Position numbers and translations under genes: made by a program. From assembly GCF_000181795.1 (NCBI RefSeq), contig NW_003526943.1, positions 1,979,647-2,043,646 on the forward strand: a stretch of 64,000 nt of DNA. The letters run 5' to 3'. This document shows, in pieces, positions 1-12,260 of this stretch (its first letter is position 1; the number at the start of each line of letters is the position of its first letter). The DNA comes from Trichinella spiralis. Lineage: Eukaryota. Under the pieces are notes generated by a model. The model had not been told where the DNA came from, searched no databases, and saw nothing but the letters and a program-made list of their open reading frames with translations.

Positions 1-276
1 TTCATGCATTGTGCATATGCTTTTGAAATTTGAAAAAACACAGAAACAGATTTCAAAATCAAGGGTAAAATAAAAAAGAGGAAAGGGCTATGACACAGTG
101 TTATTTTTTTCTATTCGATTTAAGAATTTTCAAATTAATTAAAGTCACTTTCTATTTTTAAACTTAAAAATATGAGTATCAAACAGATTACAGTTTCGAA
201 ATAATAAAATATGATATTTCATATAAATTCATACATTATAAAATTGCTTCAAATTATTGTCTTAAAATTAATTTAG

Positions 277-3177
277 GTTTGCAATGGGCATTTTCAGTCG
301 AGCTGCAGTTTACAAGCGAATCCGGTCATTACAATGTACGAGAAGGAGCTAACGTGACGTTGCCTTGCTGTGCGCAAGGAATGGACGACGACACGATCAT
401 ACTGTGGAACAAATATGATCCAGATATTATGACGGAAACGTTATTGTCGGTGAATTTTACTAAAATGGTCGAAATTCCAAAATTTATATTTAAAAATGGT
501 TGGCCAAGATGTGTGGATATGATTTTACTTGATGTTCATTCATATGATTCTGGTGAATATGAATGTTCTTTTGCTGAATTTCCTGACCTTAAGCTCCGAC
601 ACAGTGTCGATGTTCGAGGTTGGTGTTTTAGTAGTATTTCTTTTTTATACTATGGAGGATACTATATATATATTTATGTATTCTAGCACATCTTTTTATA
701 AACATTGTACCGGATGTGCACGAACATATCGTGGAGGTTGGGGAACCGATAGTGCTAACGTGTTCAGCAAGCGGAAGTTCTGATGCTAAGATCATTTGGA
801 AACGACTGGTGAGCAAATATTTATTTTATATTTTTCTTTAAATATGCATAGCTGTAAGTACATTTATGTACAGGGTGATATGAACAGTGTTGAGACTGTA
901 TTCGATACTCCGAATCTTACTTTTCCAGTAGCTTCAGCAAGTCATGCAGGTGTATACGAATGCACCGCTTCTAGTGAAGATGAAGCACCAGTTTCAGCAG
1001 CTATTACTGTTGTTGTTCATGGTATGTCTAGTTTTCCTTCCAAAAATTGACTTTTTATTTCATTTTTTCAAAGTGATTTCATTACTAACAGAAGCATTAA
1101 TGTTCCACAACTAACTTTTCACTTTATAAGCAATTTTAACTTTCTTTCCTTTGAACTATCCCATTGCTTGCATGGATGAAAAACATTAATGAAATTGTTT
1201 TATTAATATATTTTATCAAATTCAGTTCAATTACACGTTTGATATACTTGATTGAATGTTTAACAGTAACACTATTAATAAGATTATTCATGTTTAAAAA
1301 ACAGTAATAAGAAAATTCTGAAAAATTTGGTAAATAATACGAAAATATTATTGTGGAACATTGTGAAACGCTTTTTAAGCAGTACATAAGAATAAAAAAG
1401 TAATTAAACATGTAAACTGTTATACAGGATAATACGATAAGAACATAACAACTGTGAACAATATATACTGTAATTCATTTTATAGCAGAATTAATTACAG
1501 TTCGTAAATTTTAACGTTTTTCAAAATGATTATTATTGATATGTGAATACATTTTTTTGTTAAATTAACAAATTGCTTCATTTTTAGCTCCTGAAGCTGA
1601 TCCACGTAAGTTCCTTTATTTCGTTCATTTATGTAATAAAGAAGTTGTACTGTGTGTTGTGTTGTATAACGGGTTGTTAATTGTCGGTGCTGTCTAGTAT
1701 TTAAAATAGCAGTTAGTATTTATTGTAAAATTTATAAAAATAGCAAGCATAATTGTTGAATATGTGAATGTAGCCTGAGCAATTTGTGGTTTGAACTGTA
1801 TTTGCGAAATTTGGAAACGCTGGTTGTGTAGATTGATTGCACAAAAAAACAATGAGTGCTATTTTTTGTGGCACGTCATCATTTAAGTAAAAGCGATTTT
1901 GAATTACTACAAACTTAAAACATTAAAGTCCGCAAATTTTAAACTTTTATTTTGCTGTCCTGCATGAATAATTTGCATGCATTGTTTTCTGTTGCACATT
2001 TGTTTACTTCTACTCAAGTTAGCTTTTTTGTTCTTTTAATAAATCACTTTAAGGGCCACCTGTTGTAACGACAAGCAGTGATTTTATTCCGGTCACTATA
2101 AATGAAAAAGTAAGTATGAACTGCACCTATTCGGCTCGACCACCACCTCAAGTCTCTTGGATATTCAACGGTTACACAGACATTGTATGAAAAATTTTAC
2201 AGTGAATTTGGAATATTTTGTTGATATATTATTTTTACATTTTAAAGTTAAATCAAATGAAAAATAAAGAACGGCTCAAGCATAAAGAAATAAAAATTGA
2301 TGATTCCACTGAAAGAATATCCGTTATTACTATTGATGGTGTCAGGAATCAGGACTTTGGAAATTATACGTGTCGTGTAATTAACAAATATGGTTCAGTT
2401 GAGAAGACCATTTTCTTGTCTGGTAAATAATGATAGTCTCCTGTTATTTTTTTTTCTTGCACTTCATCATTGCATTACGATGTATTTTGTAGGAATACCT
2501 GGGAAACCGTTTGATTTATTACCAAAAATTGAACTGCATCGACCGGACAGCGTGCTGTTGGTGTGGTCACTTCCTTCCTCAGAACCGATTGTTGGTTATA
2601 AAATTTTCATTGCAACAGTATGTGTATTTTTTTCAAGCAGTAGAAAAATATAATTTGAAATGTCTATTACTGTTTCAGGAGAATTCACCTCAGACTAGTG
2701 AAATAAACGTTCCAATGACTCAAACAGATTGTAACATAGTGAATGTAAAAATCGAAAATGTGAGATATTAATAAGAGCTTTCTTTTTAGGTAAAAAGATT
2801 CAGAGATCGTCATTTTGGAAATGCGTTTACAATTTGAAGTCTCTTCAGCCGAGCAAGAAATACAACATTGCAGTCCAATGCAGAAATGATTTTGGATGGG
2901 GATTATTTTCAGATCCAGTGATAGTAACAACAAGTAAGTTCTGTTATTATTTCAGAATGAAATCAAATTGAAAAAAATGTTCATCTGTTTCAGCGGATTT
3001 TACCAGCAGCATGCTGATGTCAAAGCAAAGTAAATCAGTTTTACTTACTTATTTTGTTATTATTGTTCAGATAAGTGTATTTTTATAGAAGATTCTGGTG
3101 CACCCAAAATGATGATAGCATGGAATATTTACAGTTTATTGTGTTTCATTATTTGTCCTCTGTTGTTGTTTCATTGA
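277..3177 (+). CDS. GPI-anchored Ig-superfamily adhesion protein (3 Ig + 1 FN3; Wrapper/Klingon/WRK-1 type), 5' end outside window
   Basis: Exons approx. 277-618, 687-808, 874-1021, (1588-1605), 2054-2184, 2248-2422, 2493-2617, 2679-2759, 2798-2933, 2994-3029, 3089-3177. Ig motifs DSGEYEC, HAGVYEC and DFGNYTC. FN3 signatures SVLLVW and LQPSKKYNIAVQCRNDFGWG. The C-terminus is hydrophobic (DSGAPKMMIAWNIYSLLCFIICPLLLFH*) with no cytoplasmic tail, like a GPI signal. Confidence 0.8.
1588..1605 (+). CDS. 18-nt in-frame microexon between Ig2 and Ig3 of the WRK-1-like gene
   Basis: tttttag|CTCCTGAAGCTGATCCAC|gtaagt: strong splice sites, phase 1-1, no stop codon. Inclusion changes G-PPVV to APEADPR-PPVV. 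Confidence 0.65.
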
Positions 3178-3894
3178 AGAAAAAAGATCATTTTAAAGAC
3201 ACTTCTTTGTTTAAACTGTTTGTATAATTTGATAATTAATTTTGTTTTGAAAGCGACTTCTGCTCAAAGAGGTCTCGATTTGAGACAAAGATTTGTAGTT
3301 TTGCACAGTTGGATATGCGCTAACAATTTGAAGCATTTAGTCGAGTGTTGAAGATGAGCTGTTGAATTTTGCGTTGTTGGGTTTAACAGTTTAGTGCTAT
3401 TGATGCCTTACAATTTTTTAAAAATTAATCTACAGTTTTGTTTGCCATTCATTTGGAATATACTTTTTGCTTTGACTGCTTCATCTGCTGTACCGCGCAT
3501 GCTTTCTTCTACTATCTTATATGTAATTATGTTAGGTGAAATAAAAATAAAATTTTTTCAGTGCTCAATTAAATGCTTTTTGGAAATGTTTTCATGCAAA
3601 TTTAAATATAAAATAAATCTTTACTTATTATAGCAATATTTATTTAAAATACTTTTCATACAATAAGAAACAAGCGCTTATTTTCAATTAGAAATTTATA
3701 TTAATTTATAATTTAATAATATTCCACTTAATAATACTGTAAATTATTGTAAAAAATTAAATTATCATGTATAATATTTATTTCATCAAACATAGATTAA
3801 AAGGTCTAAGTTAATTCAAAATAGGTTACAGTACATAATTTAAATCAAGTTGCAATCTAACGAACGGCAAAGTTTTATTTGTATTTTAACTGTT

Positions 3895-6065
3895 ATGAAA
3901 TGCAGTTCTGTAATCATGTCACAACATGCGGTCCAGTGCACGTTTTCATGTGTGGTGATCGATGCCTCATGTGACTTGGTCGGCGGTTGTAGTAGTAGTA
4001 AAGTAGTGGTTGAACGTGAATGTTGTTGGTTAGCTTTTGCCAAATTTTGGCAACTTGCCGTTCTGAAGGCCCCAGTAGCCGGTGGTGTGGTTTTAGAACC
4101 ACGGGTCAGACGTTCGGTTGGTGCCGAAGTGCGTCCAGATTTTAACACCTTATCTTCCGAGCGACATGATTTGCGCTGTCTGTTGCCCGGACGTTCTGAA
4201 CGGTTTTTGGAGCGAAAGTTCCCTTCGGCAAAGTATGTATGGTATTTGAATGGCCAGCCGATCCGTGGAAGTGTCACCAACAGGCTGCAAGTGCAGACGA
4301 AAGTGGAAGAAGCGGCCAACTGGCCGTGGTTGAAGCGTTTCTATCACTGTGCAGTTCACTTGAAGCCGGAATTTGTCATCCTAAGTGCAAATTATTCACT
4401 CCGGTAGCCGAGTCTACTGGTGAAGAAACAGAATTCAAGAAGACCGGTGATTATCCAGCCGGGCAGCATCGCATTCGTTCCCTGTCCGTTGTTTCGCTCT
4501 GAGCCGAAGCCGGTGGACGTGCTTTTTGTGGTCAACAACACACGTCGACTCGACGTCGACAACAGCGGTCGGTTTTTTGTTTCTGAAATCAGCTTGCAAA
4601 TTGCCGACGTTGGGCCCCAAGACCAAGGAATTTACCAGTGCGTGGTTAGGAACGCGCAGAGTGGCCAGTCGTTTCGTGGTCATCCCGTTCCTGTGCACTT
4701 GTCCACGTCCCCGGCGACGATCCATGCGGTGCTGTTGTATCCGCTAGCCGGCGTTAGCTTGCTGAGCGCGCGGCTCGGTGACAACGTCACGCTGCAGTGC
4801 GTCATCGGCAGCGTTTCGGCGAGTCCGATTGTGTGGGTCGAGTTGAACGACAACTTGCGAACACTGGCCGGCATTCGAACCAGGCTGGGAAATTTGCTGT
4901 CGTCCAACGTCAGCAGCGCCCATCACGGCTCCTACGTTTGTCAGTCCGGACAAGCTTCCGCCTCGTACGCGCTACAAGTCCAGTCTCCGCTGTTCGTTCG
5001 CCTGCGCCTGGTGGTTAGTCGACTCGAAGATGACTCGTGGTTTTCGGACTTAGTGTGCTACACCCACGGCGATCGTTCAACCACACTCAGCTGGTTTTAC
5101 AACGGCCGGCCGTTGTTGGATGCCGACTTGATCACTGCGCACTGGTCGGTGCAACGTCACGGCCGCAATCCACAGTGGACGGCCACCATAAGCCCGCCTC
5201 CCCCGCCCGGTGTTTACCATTGTGTGGCCACGTCTGGCGATGAACCCACTACGGACTCGATTTACGTGTCTGAGTGGCCGAGTACGACACGACGTCGTTC
5301 TGCCACAAATGCCCACTGGTCGAAGCTGATCCGAGTCGGTCCAACGAACAATACAGTGAAGTTGAATTCGAAAACGTTCCTGCTTTGCCAACTCCACTCG
5401 CCGCGCGCGACCGTTTCTTGGCGGCACAACAATACCAAGCTGAAACTCGACTCGAGAAGGTCGTTGGTCAGCTACGGCTCGTTTCAGATCCGCCAGTTTG
5501 ACTACACCGACCAGGGTTGGAACGTGTGCGAAGCAGCCGACGGCCGGTGGAACGTGACCAGTGAAGCGGCCTATGTTGATGCTGAAGACTTGACGACGTG
5601 TTGATTCGTCGCCCGCTAATGGTTGACAACACGTACGATGCCACCGTTAACAATCACTCAGGAGAAATTCTGAAGGTGTCGTTAAAGTTGGCACCACCGC
5701 AAGCGGTGCGACTGGGCAACACGTCGGTGCTGTTGCGTTGGGAATTGCCAGCTAAGCTGCCCGACCGTCCGGGGCTGTTCAGGATCCAGCTGCGCAAGTT
5801 GGCCGATGGCTACGATTGGGAAACGTTGGACGCCGATGTGCCGGGCTACACAAACAGCTATGTGGTCGACCGTCTTCAGCCGAGCGCTTCCTACAGCTTT
5901 TATTATGCTGTCATTTTTCGCAACCGCTACCAGGAGACAAGCGCCAAATCAAAGCGAGTGACCATGAGCCCGGAGGACAACGGCCGTTGCATCGAACGTC
6001 CCTATTCTGAGCCTGAATTGAAGACCACCGTGTCCAAGTGGCTCGACGCGATTCAACTGAAGTGA
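3895..6065 (+). pseudogene. Ihog/Boi/BOC/CDON-like multi-Ig + FN3 receptor, intronless and disrupted
   Basis: ORFs 3850-4407 and 4420-5604 are in the same frame, separated by TAG at 4405-4407. A frameshift near 5600 leads into ORF 5598-6065. Ig motifs DQGIYQC, HHGSYVC, GVYHC and DQGWNVC. The FN3 SVLLRW..FRIQLR..DWET..LQPSASYSF resembles Ihog FN1, and the linker GRCIERPYSEP resembles BOC GRVYERPVAGP. TGA at 6063 sits where the next FN3 Trp is expected. No TM segment is seen. Confidence 0.7.
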
Positions 6066-6157
6066 GAACAACCGTTCGGCGATGATGCTGCAGCATCACC
6101 AGTGGCCGCTTCGATTTCAGAACGAGACCGTGGTGGACGCATCGACTCGCGAGCACA

Positions 6158-6655
6158 TAAACGACCGCTTTGAAAAGACTCTCCACTGGCAGCTGCAGTC
6201 AGCGGCTGGTTCGTCTGTTGTTATCCCAACACACGGCGCCATACCCCAAGTCGACAGGTGCTTATGGAGCGGAAGTTGAGAACGTGCCTGGACCAAATAC
6301 TGCCGAACAAAACGAAGTTAGCGCAACGAAAAGTTACACCGCCCTGCAGAGAATTTAAGGAAGACGACCATGTTTTCGCAAGATGTTACAACGAATTGAA
6401 CAAATGGTCAAAAGCCCAAATCGTTGAATGGGCCGACTGCTCTACATGGTTCGTACTAAAACTGGCCTGGTATTGAAGTGAGGCGTCAATCACCAACGGC
6501 TGCGGATTTCAAAATGAAAGAATTGTTTTACTTAAATACGGCAGGGATGTTGTTTACATTCTGTACTCTGCCTGCATATCATTACCACTGTAAATGTGAC
6601 CTATAAATATAAATAAATATAAATAGCGCAAGCCTAGTGATATTTAAACGTAACA
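6158..6655 (+). mobile_element. Gypsy (K02A2.6/Mag-like) remnant: integrase C-terminus plus putative short 3' LTR
   Basis: TALKRLSTG..RLVRLLLSQHTAP and LMERKLRTCLD..FKEDDHVFAR..KW match the integrase tail pattern RFLLxxxxTP..LMGRxLRTRLD..VWAR..KW. A purine run GGCAGGGA is followed by TGTTG(6548)..TAACA(6655). Confidence 0.6.
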
Positions 6656-7394
6656 GATAGCATTATATTTAAAAAGTTTATGGGAGTGCGTAAAACGTGA
6701 CAAGCACTAATCATTGTATCTGGAGCGAAAAAAACCGAATCGACTGAGGTTCCCGACTCTTTATTTACATCAACGCAATTTAATATTATTATGGAAAGTT
6801 TCTATTAAAATGTTTCAACAGTTTTCAACAATAACAACTATTTTAAATTGATTGTAATTTGAATGATACGGATAATAATATAATTATGAACAATTTAACT
6901 TGAAAATCTTTTATAATTACAATATCCTTTCGTTGCAGCGTTCGTTGAAAATCATGTAAACTCATAGCAAATCATGTTATTTTTATAAATATATTTTGCA
7001 ATATATTATTCTATGAAATAAGAATAAGTGCTGACAATGTAATAATTTTCGTAGTCTTGCTTGACAATCTTTTATTTCTTACTGTACTGTCTTCCTGATG
7101 TATTTGAGTAAAATTTATAAAATAAAAAGTAATTTGTTATTAAATATTTTTACATTTTCTATTAAAACTATAAAATCATCTTATTTTTAAGATTATTTCT
7201 ATTTTATGAAATATGTAGTAAGATATGACTGTACTTTTGAGATTAACTTGACACTCTTTTATATTTTACTGTATTTTCATTTGCGGTGTAAATAGGTTGA
7301 TTGAAGATCCATCTAATTTGCATGATTATTGCCACCGAATCTTTTTGCTTTATTCTCGGCTATTAGTTTTAGCATTTGTATTTTTTATTCTAAT

Positions 7395-10062
7395 ATGGCA
7401 CCTCCATTTCAAATTGGTTGTAATTTACGTCAAATTTTGACTGGATTGAAGGAGGCTGAAGGTAATTATTTTGTTGAAGTTTTTTTACATTTGAAGACGT
7501 TTTTTTAACAGTATTTAATTTTAATTGATTTTGTTAAATAGTTTTTTTTTTTAATTTTGAATATTCATGTTTACTGATGCGTTATTGGTATAGTCTCATT
7601 TCAATTGATAAAATTGCTAGTGTCTTTTTGGATGATGTTTTTGTTTGACTTAAATCACTTTAAATGAAACTTTACTTTTGTTATTTTTTTGAAAGTTTAT
7701 CCGAAATTTTGTTTTCAAAAATGTTCTTATACTTTTGTACAGTATGCTTGTTTCACTTTGAATTTTTATGAAATTAATGTCATTTTAAGGATATTTTTCA
7801 CCATTTTTGAAAACAAAATTTTACATGCTTGTTGAAGTATTTTTATGCATGATTTGTTTAATCTCTTGAAGTTATTTTATGGTTTGCATTGTTGATGTTT
7901 GTTACAGTTATGATCTTCTGTATCAGACAGTTAGCAGTACTTATGTTTTAATTGTTGATTATTAAATGGTGTTTGAAAATTTTTGTTTTTAGAAAAGTTT
8001 GAAAAGCTTTTGCAGTGTTTCTGTAGCTTTTCAGTGTGGAATGCATGTTTGTTTATTAATTAATTTAAATGTAAAAATTTATATGCTTATATGAGCATTA
8101 TTACTTCTTTAGGTCATAAGTGTTCTGTGGAAAATGCTTCATCGCAGCTGAGTAAGTTGTTTTTTATAAAATTGGGAAGAATTGAAATGATCAAAGGTGT
8201 TACGTTATCGTTTTTTAAATCATTATGATGTTTTTATTTACAGTATGATTTTTAATTAAAATTAGCTTTAATATTTTCTACTGTACGTATATAAATTTTT
8301 ATTTATGGTGGAATATCAAAACGTTTTATGAAGAATTTTTATTTCAGTACTATTATTGTGTTTGGTTTTTTGGAAAATACAGAGTAATGATCAACGTAAA
8401 TATAATACACTTGTAGTTGTTTCAATATACTTTTAAATTACTTGCTTCGTTTATATTTTTAATTGATGTCCAGTATATGTTTTTTTTCCTTGAGCAGGCT
8501 GCATTTCTTTGGTTAGCTGCAATAATTGCAATTTGTTGGATGTTTTTCTAAATGGTAAAGTTAACGAAGAATTGGCTTCCTACTTTTTTTCATCGTTGGA
8601 TGCTTTCCTGACTTGCGATGAAAAGAAAGATTCAAATGAAGGTGATGCTTTGCAAGTGTGAATGGAAGGAAATTATTTACTGTATATTAATATTTATTTG
8701 TTTAAGAAGTATGTGTGAATGAAGTGGTTGACAATATTGCGTTGGTTGAACAGCCTTCAATGTCACCGTTGAGGTCGAATGAAGTTGTTCGCCTGAATGC
8801 GTTGCAAAAGTTCGATCCCGAAAAATGCATGAAAGATGTATGGTTTGATTCATGGATTTTTCAAAGCAGTTTGAATTTGAAATAATGAAAAATTTAGCTC
8901 GCCAAGAAAGAAGTTGAAGAGCAATGTCGAATTAGCATTTTGCAACATGCCGAAATATTGGCGAACGATCCTATCGCAGAGGTCGTCGGTAAAAAATTGG
9001 ACTCTGGTAAATTTTTTTGTTTGAATATTTAGGATGAAGTTTTGAAAAAATGTTTTAATAAATTGAATAATTGATGAGATAAATTGTAGAAGATGACGAA
9101 ATGGAAGACATTCGCTTTCGTGAAGCTGAGGAACGATATTTGAATAATTCACAGACGCGTTTTGACAGAAAAGTATTAAACATTATGAATAAAGAATATG
9201 CAGCGCAGTAAGTATTTGTTTTGTCAAGCTTGAAGAGTGCAGAAAATTTGATTTAATTAATTCTCATTTTTTAAATGAGTTAGTTATACGGTTGTTCAAA
9301 GAGAGATTTTAAAGAGAAAACGTATTATTATTCTTTGCATTGCAGAACTTCAGACGAAGAGCAGTCGGATGGATTTCAAGATGAAAATTTGGAAATGGAA
9401 AGCAATTCTACGACATCATCTTATCAAGAAAATAATTCAGACGAAATGCGTGATGATCAGTGCAACGAAATTGAAGTATTGGCCGACAAAAGAAAAGAAT
9501 CCGAAGATTCATTTGAAGAAAGCAGTGATTCAGAGTCTGAAAAGGACGAAGAATTTGAAATGTTGAGCGATAAAGGTACTAAGAAGGTCGAAGAGGATAA
9601 CGACATTACTTCGAGTGACGAAGTTGGCGATTCCTCTCCAATGAAGGTGGTATCGGAATATTTTTCCGGTCTGTCCGCCACTGAGGCCGCATCAGAGAAT
9701 GTCATGAATAGAAGTGACACCGAAGAAGAAGAAGAAGAAGAAGAAGCAGCTAAGGACGAAAATGTTGAATTGGCGAAATCTTCATCGTCAAAAACGACAA
9801 AGATTGCTGAAGAGAGTGACTCAGAGGACAGCGAATTATCATTCAAGCCTGTAATTCATAGAAAGGTAGCTGTTGGTTGCATTAGAGATTCTTCCAGTAC
9901 CACAAGCAGCTCGAGCACGTCTAGCAGTAGCCGGTCAGAAAAACAACTCGATCTTGGTAATTATAATAGAAGTTTAATTTTTATATATTGGACTGTTTTG
10001 TTTTATATTATTTTTTTTCAATTTTCATCTTGATTATGTACTTTTTTTTCATTTATTCAGTC

Positions 10063-10114
<52 letters not shown>

Positions 10115-10606
10115 CTTAGATGCGTTCAAGTTTCCTGAAGAGAGAGCAAGGAATTCAGAGAAGAAAAGGAAATCGAGATCATCTTCATCACTCATTGGTC
10201 GAAAAAAGTAAATAACTTATAAATTTGTCTTGATGTTGTGAATTTTTCTTACCGAAGAAGCATGTGGGGGGGGGATATTCAATTCATGTTGCTTGGTGCT
10301 AATTTCACTGTTTACGCATAGCTGATATGAATTTCATTGTCTAGGCGTTTGCATCGTTTGTGGTACAGTACCTCTTCAGATGAAAATTCTGATCATGGGA
10401 AGAATAATGGCGAGCAGTCATCGGACGGCAAGCTCGGTGGGTTGACTTTGGAAAGCAGTCCTGCTCCTCCGGTTCGTTTGCAGAAACGTATGCGTTTGCA
10501 AATTTTGTCATTCAACGCGAAATGAAAATAAAAGTCAATAATCGTTGCTTGCAGGGAAAGTCGACGACAATGATGAAGAAAGTGAGGAAATGAAGGAGAA
10601 GACGAA
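7395..10606 (+). CDS. Multi-exon hypothetical protein with large Ser/Glu/Asp-rich low-complexity exon; 3' end uncertain at the gap
   Basis: ATG at 7395 (MAPPFQIGCNLRQILTGLKEAE|gtaatt). Further splice-bounded exons lie near 8707-8840, 8899-9007, 9092-9207, 9347-9956 (acidic), 10120-10207 and 10345-10488. No recognisable domain; the exon chain is not fully verified. Confidence 0.45.
10063..10113 (+). repeat. (TTA)17 microsatellite immediately upstream of a splice acceptor
   Basis: Perfect TTA run ending just before the tcttag acceptor at 10119. Confidence 0.95.
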
Positions 10607-10616
10607 NNNNNNNNNN
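10607..10616. other. Assembly gap (10 N)
   Basis: Run of N. Confidence 1.
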
Positions 10617-10856
10617 CTTTCAAGCTAAACCATGGAGTGACAACTACTAAATTGTTAGCATCTGATTAATTTCTTGATTTTACTGGGAGTGTTCTATTTA
10701 AATCTTTCTTGTTTACAATCTAAGAATTTTACTTTAATATTTGCAAAGTTTCTTTTGTTACAAAACATCCATATATGTATTTTTATACATGTCGATGAGT
10801 TTTGCTGTTTGTATGAAAAATTCTGTTTGACGTTCATACATTTTCATATTAAAATA

Positions 10857-11356
10857 NNNNNNNNNNNNNNNNNNNNNNNNNNNNNNNNNNNNNNNNNNNN
10901 NNNNNNNNNNNNNNNNNNNNNNNNNNNNNNNNNNNNNNNNNNNNNNNNNNNNNNNNNNNNNNNNNNNNNNNNNNNNNNNNNNNNNNNNNNNNNNNNNNNN
11001 NNNNNNNNNNNNNNNNNNNNNNNNNNNNNNNNNNNNNNNNNNNNNNNNNNNNNNNNNNNNNNNNNNNNNNNNNNNNNNNNNNNNNNNNNNNNNNNNNNNN
11101 NNNNNNNNNNNNNNNNNNNNNNNNNNNNNNNNNNNNNNNNNNNNNNNNNNNNNNNNNNNNNNNNNNNNNNNNNNNNNNNNNNNNNNNNNNNNNNNNNNNN
11201 NNNNNNNNNNNNNNNNNNNNNNNNNNNNNNNNNNNNNNNNNNNNNNNNNNNNNNNNNNNNNNNNNNNNNNNNNNNNNNNNNNNNNNNNNNNNNNNNNNNN
11301 NNNNNNNNNNNNNNNNNNNNNNNNNNNNNNNNNNNNNNNNNNNNNNNNNNNNNNNN
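10857..11356. other. Assembly gap (500 N)
   Basis: Run of N. Confidence 1.
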
Positions 11357-12208
11357 GATTTCCACTTTCACAATGTTGTAGTGGATACTTTGCTGGCTGT
11401 TATACTGGGCTATTTCTTTTGGGTGTTTCTGTCATCAGCTGCTTGTTTGTATTTTTTTATCTTTGCTTGATTATTTGATGTTGCCAGTAGAAGATCGTTT
11501 CTGATGGAATGTGGAAAGAGTCTTCTAAGCAGCATTTTCAACAAACGTGCACTGAATCCGTCTCCTTACTCAGTGAGACATGCAATTGAACGTATGGAAA
11601 TATAGACAACAGCAAAGCGGCTAAGAGCTGAGAAGAACGAAAATGAGATCGGCAAGGGAGGCGCGTTTTCTGACAGTAAAAGGGACGGAAAAGTCAGTAC
11701 CTGTTGCATTACGTGTGAAACACCATGTTTCACTGATTCAACGTTTGTTATTCAATATGAATTTGCATAATAATATATGCGATGCAGTAACAGTGATTTC
11801 TTAAATTATCGATGAAAATGTAAAACTCATTAATTACTAAAATTTATAAAATGTAAACTTTCATTATAAATGTTTCTGCATGCAGAAACTATTGCATAAT
11901 GGAAGGCTGCCAACAGCAATGCGCGTTGCATGTTGAAATATTTACAATGTGAAAACAGGAGATTGCAATTAATTCACAAAGATAAAACAGCAGATTTATC
12001 TATTGCTAGTTATAAAACTTTGCTTTCATCATTAGGTCATTTCATTTATAGATGATTTCATGTATGTAAAAATTTTAAAATAGAAATATTTCAAAACAAT
12101 ATTACTTACTCAACGGACAACTTTAATGAAGACAAAATATAACAATTGCAAAATGAATGATTTCTTTTAATAATTAAAATTTACACATAAATGAATATAC
12201 ATAAATAA
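11357..12208 (+). repeat. Direct repeat copy 1 (~850 bp), part of a ~3.0 kb tandem duplication
   Basis: Nearly identical to 14373-15210; most differences are in the first ~120 bp next to the gap. Confidence 0.95.
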
Positions 12209-12260
12209 ATATTTTCATATGGATTGTCAATATTTTAAGATAAGTGACGGTATTTTATGA

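Noticed and set aside
3394..3633. Possible alternative hydrophobic last exon of the Ig gene
   Set aside because: No convincing in-phase acceptor; AT-rich chance ORF.
4404..4439. A 36-nt GT..AG intron that could remove the TAG in the Ihog-like gene
   Set aside because: Shorter than other introns here, lacks a pyrimidine tract, and other lesions would remain.
10674..11381. Long ORFs in the track spanning 10674-11381
   Set aside because: Artefacts of the N gap.
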